Shown here: positions 55,269 through 64,000 of the stretch, in pieces
How positions within the stretch are numbered: position 1 is the stretch's first letter
Layout: each line of letters opens with the position of its first letter
Assembly: GCA_030390025.1 (NCBI GenBank)
Contig: CM059431.1
Coordinates: 137,084,001-137,148,000 of the forward strand
DNA from: Squalus acanthias
Taxonomy: Eukaryota
Direction of reading: 5' to 3'
Length of the DNA: 64,000 bases
Made by a program: the position numbers and the translations under genes
The notes under the pieces: generated by a model
Told to the model about the DNA's origin: nothing
What the model saw: only the letters and a program-made list of their open reading frames with translations
Database searches by the model: none

Positions 55269-56489
55269 AATCACAACCACGTCAGATTGAATGTGACACG
55301 GTAATGTAATGGTTAATTATTCATGCCTTTGCTTTCTGTTTTACCTGTGGAGTTTGGATGATGTGGTTGATTGAAGGTCGCCTTCTCAGGATTGTAGCTG
55401 GGTGCAGAACATCGCTGACTGATGGAACTAAAACCTCTGCCGGCTGCCTGACTCGGGCCTTAAATACTACTGGTTGTCCGCATCCAGGTAAATGAGAATG
55501 TGGCTCTTACACAAAACCGCCCGCAACTAATCACCACTTTCCCCAGAAGCTGGATGCTAGCCGGATTGGCAGAGCCCGGGCTCCACGGGGCCCTGCAACC
55601 AAGAGGATTGTGGTTTGGAGAACGTCTGGGTCAAGTGGAACGTTAAAGAGTGACGGATAAAGCGGGCTCTTAATCACAGTTAGAAATGGAGCCCATTCAC
55701 AATTAAAGTACAAAGGCTATTGTCAACATAAGCGTTTCAATAATGTTCTTGAACATTGGCGTGAGGTGCCATAGGTTTATTAAGCACATAATACATGAAA
55801 TAGCACTTACACACACAATTTAAAGGTAGGAATGAGAACCACACCTGATGATGTTGGTGTGGAGACCCAAACATGTCACAGTCCTGAGCTCAGTATCTTA
55901 GGCCTTTACCAAACCGAATACTCATTCGAAACTGTAGGTTTTTGTTCATTTTCATCACTCCCTGTACTCGACAATCCTCACAATTCTGCATTACACAATT
56001 ATATCAAAGTTAAAATAAAACTCCACATAAAGTCAATTTAATTGATTTATCTGATCGATAGTTTCACTCTTGACACATATAATTGCAATTGTACCAAGTG
56101 AAACCTTTAACAGTAAGACTGTCTGTTTCTGTATCTATTGTACTAATTGGAAATGATGATGGATGCCCGGATGTTTTCCTTTGCAGAATTAACTCTATTC
56201 CCAAACTGTCACCAAATGATTAAAGTTCCCTGAAATTGCTAAATCTGTTTGAAATGCCATGAGTTTAATTAAATCGCGTATGACTTCATCCTGAAACTGA
56301 CCATTGCTGCAGGGTCAGCCCTGGCCCAATAGCCCAGCGGTACTTTAAACAGACCAATGCTTCCCTGCTTAACAGGACAAGGCTAAAGGTTAACATTGCT
56401 ACAATAGAAAGACCAAACAAACACAGTATCATATTAGCAGACTTTAGGATATTCTGATTAGCGGGGAATGATTATATTGACCCGGGGTA

Positions 56490-56948
56490 AAAGAAAGAAT
56501 AGGAAAGATTTGTATTTATATAGCTCCTGTCACGACCACCGGCCCTTTACCGCCAACGAAGTACTTTTTGAGGTGTAATCACTGTTCTAATGAAGGAAAC
56601 ACGGCAGCCATTTTACGCACAGCAAGATCCCACAAACAGCAATGTAATAATGACTAGAACATTTCTTTTTTGTGATGTTAATTGAGGGATACATATTGAC
56701 TGGGACACCTGGGATTATTCCCTGCTCTTCTTCGAAATAGTGCAAAGGATCTTTTACATCCACCTGAAAGGATTGACGGAGTCTCGGTTTAACGTCTCAT
56801 TCGAAAGAGGGCACCTCCGATAGTGCAGCACTCCCTCAGCCCTGCACTGGAGTGTCAGCCTGGATTATGGTAGATTATTGAGTCTCTGGAGTGGGACTTG
56901 AAGTCACAACCTTCTCACGAGGTTGCTACCAGCTGAGCCACGGCTGAC
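56490..56948 (-). mobile_element. Near full-length Deu-domain SINE (SacSINE1-like) with tRNA-derived head
   Basis: Minus strand: head GTCAGCCGTGGCTCAGCTGGTAGC...TTCAAGTCCC; central ATGAGACGTTAAACCGAG...AAAGATCC..TGCACTATTTCGAAGAAGAGCAGGG resembling the Deu domain; tail CTATATAAATACAAATCTTTC. Confidence 0.8.
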
Positions 56949-57128
56949 CCAGGGAAAGCAGCAGACACAAAACACACGGCACAAAAAGGAAGAAAGGTTT
57001 TCTGATACCTGTTCATTTTCACAGCAACAATCGGCTCTCGTCCTAACGGTAAGACGGCCATTCTAAAATGGAACACGGGCTGTAATTTTTACTCTAGTTA
57101 AAGGAAGCTTTAGTTAATTTTTAATTTT

Positions 57129-59034
57129 TTAAACCAATATCAGAATCAATGTCCAAGGAGATTTCACCACCTTCTTCAGCTCTTCCCAAAATGTAGTTTG
57201 TGTGGCTGCATAAATACAAGTGTTTGTACAGGAGCTCAAATACATGAGCAGATATCCGGTTTCAGTGGCGATGAATGCAGGAGATGTATAATCGGGTCGG
57301 TAAAAAACGGCCAGGGTGTTAACTACAAAACTTCCGGCAGATGTCAACCACAACAATACAAAACTGCCCGATACAGTGAACAGTAAAATGATGGATTTCC
57401 TTCGGTTCTCCATTTCTGGATCGCTCTGATTCTCACTGCTGTCACCCCGGAGTCTCCTGCGGGCTCTACTGGCCACTAAAATACGTCTGACTGTCAAACA
57501 ATTAAACAGTAATATCAAAACAAAATGAAGATATGTAATTAAAATACATACTAGGAGAAGGCGATGAATAAAAGGCCGCGCTGTGGCGGAATCCCCAGGG
57601 AACAGTGTTGATTATTCGTTTGTGTTCAAAGGCAAACAAATAGGGGATGTTCTCTAAATAAACCAGGACAGAGACCGTTGTTATAACCGCGGCCGCAGTT
57701 CTCACTGTGCAATACTTTCTTTTAAATTCATGACAACATATAGGAACAAATCGGTCAAATGTGAAGTAGACGGTAAACCACACCGATATATACAGGCTGG
57801 TCGAATTCATGTACACCATGAACTTACAAGCGGCAGTGTAGGACAGGATGAATATGGGAAGTGTTGACTGAAAATGTGAAATACGATTACATTGAGGATC
57901 ATGACCAGTAGATCTGCTGTTGCTATGACCACCATGTAGACAGAGATACATTTGGAAAGGCCGCATTTTCCTCTGGAGAGAATCACCATTGTGAATAGGT
58001 TCGCTGTAAGAAAGAGGGATAAGAGGTCAGTAAACAGGGACACTCAGATAAATCTCACAGCAAATGGGGACACCATCACCTCCACTTCCCCTCCAAGTCA
58101 CACACCATCCTGACTACGAAATATATCGCCGTTCCTTTATCGTCGCTGGGTCGAAGTCCTGCAACTCCCTCCCTCACAGCGCTGTGGGAGCAGCTTCACC
58201 ACACGGACTGCAGCGATTCAAGAAGGCGGCTCACCACCTCCTTCTCAAGGGCAACTTGTTCATTTTCGATAGTCAATAAAGAAGCGGTTTTCTTACATAC
58301 ATCTAAACACATATTTAATTGCAGCGTGGAGCTCTGAGACCATCCCGCCAGGAGGCTGGGACCATGTGATGCACCGAGCCAATTTGATGAGTTAATACAG
58401 CGGCCCCAGGGAGCAATCGATGGAATTTAACATTTAATCTCATCAGTTTAATTGGCGAGGGGGATCTCGGGAGCGGCATCAGATGTCAGCTGTATTCAAT
58501 ATAAAGTAACTACAATTACTGGAAAGATATGAATTTGAACATAACATTCAACGGTAACGGAAGTGTTCAATTTAGGTCTAAACTCTGCGCTTTTTCTATT
58601 TATAATCGCCCCGAGGGAGCTGTTCGGCAACAGAGCGGGAGCTGGTGGAGCGGCGAAGGTTCTTTGCAGCCGAGGGGAGTGGAGCAGCTCCCTGAGCGGC
58701 AATTATTGCTCCAAATATCATTCACAGTCCTCTGATGGATGGAGGTGGCTTCAGTACAAGGACTTGTCAATTTAAAGTAGACAGGGAACAACGGTACAGA
58801 TGAAATGATTACCATGGATACTAAACAACACATTCTTTGGTGATCTTCACCGACTGATACCGGTGAATAAATTACTCTGTAATGTGTATATTCTCGGAAT
58901 TTGTTACATAATCATTAACACTGAGATAGTCAACAGTTATTAAACAACAGAATACATTACTTACCGGGAGCAACAAAGGCTGAGATAATAGGGTAGTAAA
59001 ATTTCTTTATCTGCAGAATTATTGGCCGCTCCAT
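57129..59034 (-). pseudogene. GPR139/GPR142-like class A GPCR pseudogene; exon 1 59034-58965, exon 2 58003-57129
   Basis: Exon 1 MERPIILQIKKFYYPIISAFVAP + G|GTAAGT; acceptor CTTTCTTACAG|CG gives a phase-1 join to ANLFTMVILSR; TM2 ADLLV, TM3 TFDRF, TM7 NTCIY; frameshifts near 57848 and ~57548. Confidence 0.88.
58064..58256 (+). mobile_element. LINE 3'-end fragment within the GPCR intron
   Basis: Homologous to 50750-50940. Confidence 0.8.
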
Positions 59035-59112
59035 TTTTTAGAAGAATGTATTAATTGTGTCCAGCTTTAAGTATACGACTAGAATGTATCTGAGATCCGT
59101 AAATACTCCCGC

Positions 59113-59118
59113 TTTATA
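59113..59118 (-). promoter_or_regulatory. Candidate TATA box of the GPR139-like gene
   Basis: TATAAA on the minus strand ~80 nt upstream of the ATG at 59034; motif and position only. Confidence 0.35.
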
Positions 59119-59414
59119 GAACAATCGGGTCCCAGTAAGAAAAGCAGGCTAAACAATAAGTGGCGTTAGTTACAGTCACTTAACAAACAAGGGACGATTT
59201 TACGCTTCAGTGCGCCCAGGCAGCCAATGGGGAAATTTTGCGGAATATAATCCCAGAAGGAATGTGCCCTGCGCAAGGCCCCTGAACGGTGAATGGAACA
59301 TCCCTGCCGGACACTGCATTTGGTTATTGAGGCCTCAGATGAATCCAGAGCTAACTTCACTCACCCGTTGCATTACTTATTTTTTTACTGTAATGATACC
59401 CAGAAATGACGCCT

Positions 59415-60812
59415 CTCTAACATTACTGACGATGAATCCTCTCAAATATTAATGTCGGTGACCCTACTCTAACATTACTGGTGCTGACCCTACTCTAACA
59501 TTACTGCTGGTGATCCTACTCTAACATTACTGCTGGTGACCCTACTCTAACATTACTGCTGGTGACTCTACTCTAACATTACTGCTGGTGACTCTACTCT
59601 AACATTACTGCTGGTGATCCTACTCTAACATTACTGGTGGTGACCCTACTCTAACATTACTGGTGGTGACCCTACTCTAATATTACGGGTGGTGACCCTA
59701 CTCTAACATTACGGGTGGTGACCCTACTCTAACATTACTGGTGGTGACCCTACTCTAACATTACTGGTGGCGACACTACTCTAACATTACTGGTGGTGAC
59801 CCTACTCTAACATTACTTATGGTGACCCTACTCTAACATTACTGGTGGCGACCCTACTCTAACATTACTGGTGGTGACCCTACTCTAACATTACTTGTGG
59901 TGACCTTACTCTAACATTACTGGTGGTGACCCTGCTCTTACATTACTGGTGGTGACCCTACTCTAACATTACTGGTGTGGACCCTACACTAACATTACTG
60001 GTGGTGACTCTACTCTAACAGTACTGGTAGTGACTCTACTCTATCATTACTGACGGTGACCCTACTCTAACATTGCTGGTGGTGACCCTACACTATCATT
60101 ACTGTAGTTACTCTACTCTACCATTACTGGTGATGACTCTACTTTAACATTACTGGTGGTGACTCTACTCTAACATTACTGGTGGTGACTGTACCTTGAC
60201 ATTACTCGTGGTGACCCTAATCTAACATTACTGATGGTTACTCTACTCTAGCATTACTGCTGGTGACTGTACTCTAACTTTACTGCTGGTGGCCCACTGT
60301 AGCATTACTTGTGGTGACACTACACTAACATTACTGGTGTTGACCGTATTCTATAATTGCTGGTGGTGATCCTATTCTATCATTAATGGTGGTGACCTTA
60401 ATCTAGCATTATTGGAGCTAACCCTACTGTAAAATTGCTGTATAGCCCCCTAATCTCACAGGAATGGTGATGGCCGTACACTGACTTGTGTTTTGAGAAC
60501 TCTACTCCAGCATTGCTGGTAGTTATCCTACATTACTGGTGACGCCAATGCTCTAGCATTACTGTTAGTGACACCACTCTATTATTGCTGCTGGTGCCTT
60601 TATTGTAATGCCATTGGTGTTGACCTTAATCTAACATTGCCTGTGGTGACCGAACTGTAACCTTACTGATGGCGAGTCTACACTATCATTACCAGTTATC
60701 ATTCAGTTCTAATATCTTTGGCGGTAACCCTATTCTAACATCATTGATCGTGACTATACACTAACATTAGTGGTAATGACGACATTTTAACTTTTCTGAT
60801 GGTAACCCTACT
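59415..60812. repeat. 26-bp minisatellite TGACCCTACTCTAACATTACTGGTGG (~50 units, decaying rightward), related to satellite B
   Basis: Period 26 (TGACC at 59641 and 59667); shares CTAACATT(A/G)CTGGTGGTGA with satellite B. Confidence 0.93.
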
Positions 60813-60814
60813 CT

Positions 60815-61040
60815 ACATAATTAGGAGCAGGAGCAGGCCACAATCAAGGCTGCTCCGCCATTCAATAAGGTAATGCCTGACCTTCAACCTCAACACCACT
60901 TTCCCACCCGTTCTCCATATCCCTACGGGGAAAGAGCCGGGGACTGAGATTAATTGGATATCTCTACCAAAGAGTGGCACAGGCACGATGAGCTGACTGA
61001 CCTCCTTCGGTGCTGTATAATTATATAATTCTATGATTCT
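60815..61040. mobile_element. Two back-to-back CR1 3'-end fragments (minus then plus)
   Basis: TAGGAGCAGGAGCAGGCCA...CCGCCATTCAATAAG (minus tail) and GGCACAGGCACGATG...ATTCTATGATTCT (plus tail). Confidence 0.7.
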
Positions 61041-61338
61041 CTTCAAAGGAAGCCGGCGGGAATGATCTGATTCAGGAGATTAGGGGAGAACAATTAAGGA
61101 GCACCTTCAGAACGATAATCACTTAAAATCAATTTCCTAAGTGACTGGTGTGCTTTCGATCAGTGAAGTGTCTGTAAAGGGCAACGGAGGAGAAGGATTG
61201 AGAGTTTTTAGTGTGGGACAGAAGTGACGTTGGTTAAGGCCACTGAGCCATCCAGCATTAACGGAGGGCCACAATGAGTGGAACTGTCTTCTGGGCCTCT
61301 GTGGAGAAATTCAGCCACATTGAGCCTAAGCACTATGA

Positions 61339-61409
61339 GTCAGGGTAGCCGAGCGGTCTAAGGTTGCAGTCGCCTTTCGTAGGCGCGGGTTGGAATCGCA
61401 CTTCTGACA
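61339..61409 (+). pseudogene. tRNA-Leu(CAG/CAA)-derived pseudogene lacking most of the anticodon arm
   Basis: GTCAGGGTAGCCGAGCGGTCTAAGG--TTGCAGTCGCC...GGCGCGGGTTGGAATCGCACTTCTGACA versus tRNA-Leu GTCAGGATGGCCGAGCGGTCTAAGGCGCTGCGTTCAGGTCGCAGTC...GGGTTCGAATCCCACTCCTGACA; acceptor stem GTCAG/CTGAC retained. Confidence 0.82.
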
Positions 61410-61524
61410 AACAGATCCTTTCATTTCTCCGTGCAGTTGTATTTTGTGGAATTAGCTGCAACCGTTTCTTCGGCACAGTTGATTTGTTCCTATCAGAAAA
61501 CTCACCCTACGTTTGTTTTCCGTC

Positions 61525-61930
61525 GAGCGGAGAAGGTAAAGAGAAGACCTAATGGAGGTACTCAAAATGAGAAGGGGTTTTGATAGATCAAGTAGGGAGA
61601 AATTGTTTCCTCTGGCCAGTTGATCGACAACCAGAGGTCATAGATTTAAAATAATTGGCAAAGAAATAGAGGGGACATCAGGAGATTTTTTCACAGACAG
61701 GGTTGTTAAGATCTGAAATGTATCACCTGAAAGGATGTTGGAATCACATTCCACAGGAACTTTCAAAAGCCAGTTGGACATGTATGAAGAGAACTAATTA
61801 GCAGGGTTATCGGGTAAATGTTGGGGTGTGGGACTAAAGTAGACAGTTCTTTCAAAGAGCCGGCACAGGCAGGACGGGCCGAATGGCCTCATTCTGTGCT
61901 GAAAGATACGATGAACCTAAGATTCTATGA
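61525..61930 (+). mobile_element. CR1 LINE 3' end
   Basis: ACAACCAGAGGTCATAGATTTAAA, GGGCCGAATGGCCTC...GATTCTATGA tail. Confidence 0.8.
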
Positions 61931-61994
61931 CTCCGGCCTCTTGGGCATCGCCCTTTTTCTTCACACTACAAATAGTCTGCCATAAACTGTCCTC

Positions 61995-62150
61995 ACTCTG
62001 GAATTTTCTCCACCAACCCTTCCGTCTCCATTAAGACGCTTCTTAAAACCATAAGCCTTGTGGAGTCTTTTGGTCACACGTCTTAATAGCTCCTTCTTTG
62101 GATTGGGCTTCCGTATTTTTGATCACACCTCTATGAAGCGCATTAGGAGA
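61995..62150 (+). mobile_element. L2-like 3'-end fragment
   Basis: TGGAATT...CTTCTTAAAACC...CTCCTTCTTTGG...CTATGAAGCGC; paralogous to 63058-63228. Confidence 0.55.
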
Positions 62151-63057
62151 TCCCCCGGAAGAGTGGAGGGGCCCAGGGTTTAGCAAGCTGTGTGAAACGC
62201 TTTACTGAATACGTGTGTTTTTCACATTCCATAAATGAGGGCATCTGGCGCTTCTCTCCCAGAAAGAAAATTATAGTGAAGAAATTTCTCAATCGGTGTT
62301 ACTTGTATTTGTTTCTTTCTTTGCTTTATTTATGAATCTTTCTGCCGCCTGACTCCCGTTGAGTCTCTTCTTCCTCTATTGAATGAGAAAGGAGGCGTTT
62401 GACGTTGACCAGACCCGGACTGCGCCTGATATTTGTGAGCTCATCCTTATATTTAGTGTTTTCTGCCCCTTTGCATGTCGTCAGCTTTAGCTCAGCGGTT
62501 CCTTTGCCGTGTCACCTTCCTCAGGGTTTCAGAATCTGGTATGGTTAACTCTGTTACCTGAAAGGTTGGTGGATCGAGCCCAACCAGAACCGAAGGCTTT
62601 AACTGTTTGTTGCCCTTTATGATTCATTGCCTCACAGTTCCAGTTTGTGAATGTGTGCTTTGCCTGCAAATAAATATTCCACTAACATTGCCAGCTGTGC
62701 CGTTATCCATTAAGTTCCCACCCAAATACTTTTATGAATATTCATTTTTTTTTAAATGATTAAAATGTAGATGAGTCATATTCCTCCATTCATCCCATTA
62801 GAAATAAATGAAGTTTTGTTTTCCTTTGAACCGATGGAAATTGATTCTGTATCTACATATATAGAACTGGAACCGTGTGAGGCTACATTTAATGTTTGGC
62901 TATAGTACAGCTGGTATGAAGGAAAAAAATTCAGAGCATGTTGGACCATTTTAGTACTATTTTACCAGCATCCAATAACTGTTTGTAAAATTTTGTAAAA
63001 CTGCTGTCCGGTAGCAGACACATATTAAAATGATGCGGTAATTGTGTAGCCGTCATG

Positions 63058-63228
63058 CTGTGGAATTCCCTGCATAAACTCTTCCACCTTTACCCATCCC
63101 TCACCTCCTTTCAGACCCTTCTTAAAACCAAAAGCTTTGAGCAGATTTGGTCATCACTCAAGGTAACTCCTTCTTTGGGTTTGGCATCCATGTTTTTGTT
63201 TACACATCTATGAAGCGCTTTGGGATAT
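63058..63228 (+). mobile_element. L2-like 3'-end fragment
   Basis: TGGAATTCCCT...CTTCTTAAAACC...CTCCTTCTTTGG...CTATGAAGCGCTTTGGGA. Confidence 0.55.
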
Positions 63229-63456
63229 CCCTTAGAAACACCCGAGAGAAATAGCTAGTACCATTCAGCAGGTGATGAAAGCGTAAATTTGCCAATCTCA
63301 TGCCTCCTTACCGCAATACTTGCCCTTTAAAAAGTAACACTCCCCTGGAGAGCACTGGATCGGTTAATGCTGGTATAAACACCAATCACCATTGGACCTC
63401 GTTTGCACAAAAAAGAGAAAGAAGCTATAAACACGCGTAATTGTGCAAAGCTCGTT

Positions 63457-64000
63457 CCAGGGTATCCCTGTCCCGCTGTGCTATTCCCCAGGGTATCCCT
63501 GTCCAGCTGTGCTAGTCCCTGGGTATCTCTGTCCAGCTGAGCTAGTCCCTTGGTATCTCTGTCCAGCTGTGCTAGTCCTTGGGTATCTCTGTCCAGCTGA
63601 GCTAATCCCTTGGTATCTCTGTCCAGCTGTGCTAGTCCTTGGGTATCTCTGTCCAGCTGTGCTAGTCTCTGGGAATCCCTGTCCAGCTGTGCTAGTCCCT
63701 TGGTATCCCTGTCAAGCTGTGCTAGTCCCTGGGTATCCCTGTCAAGCTGTGCTAGTCCCTGGGTATCTCTCTTCAGTTGTGCCAGGCCCTGGGTATCTCT
63801 GTCCAGCTGTGCTAGTCCTTGGGTATCTCTGTCCAGCTGAGCTAGTCCCTTGGTATCTCTGTCCAGCTGTGCTAGTCCTTGGGTATCTCTGTCCAGCTGT
63901 GCTAGTCTCTGGGTATCCCTGTCCAGCTGTGCTAGTCCCTTGGTATCCCTGTCAAGCTGTGCTAGTCCCTGGGTATCCCTGTCAAGCTGTGCTAGTCCCT
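63457..64000. repeat. 30-bp minisatellite GGGTATCTCTGTCCAGCTGTGCTAGTCCCT (~18 units, truncated by window end)
   Basis: Exact 30-bp phase from 63491 to the window end. Confidence 0.96.

Noticed and set aside
63610..63840. VSLSSCASPW repeat ORF
   Set aside because: Minisatellite translation bounded by TGA-containing unit variants.

Overview
Eukaryotic, repeat-dominated DNA, most likely from a cartilaginous fish (inferred from shark-type CR1 tails, a Deu-domain SINE, a Penelope-type hairpin and a shark-type GPR139-like receptor). About 70% is two large satellites: a 34-bp array (1-~12335, open at the left edge) and a 27-bp array (~18410-50632, ~1190 units) with kb-scale higher-order duplications. 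The very long ORFs in the track are by-products of the 27-bp unit, not supported genes. Between the arrays lie a tRNA-Leu-like relic, a decayed GCNT (core-2/GT14) fragment and a triple-nested insertion: a CR1-superfamily LINE, interrupted by a 5'-inverted RTE LINE, itself interrupted by a 99-bp-arm palindrome carrying a minimal hammerhead ribozyme core. The right 13 kb holds LINE/SINE debris, a two-exon frameshifted GPR139-like pseudogene, a 26-bp sister array of the 27-bp satellite, a second tRNA-Leu relic and a 30-bp minisatellite. I found no intact protein-coding gene and no demonstrably new multi-gene system. The most notable observations are the inverted RTE, the ribozyme palindrome and the satellite/sister-array relationships. 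Degenerate repeat boundaries are approximate and family names come from recall, not a database search.
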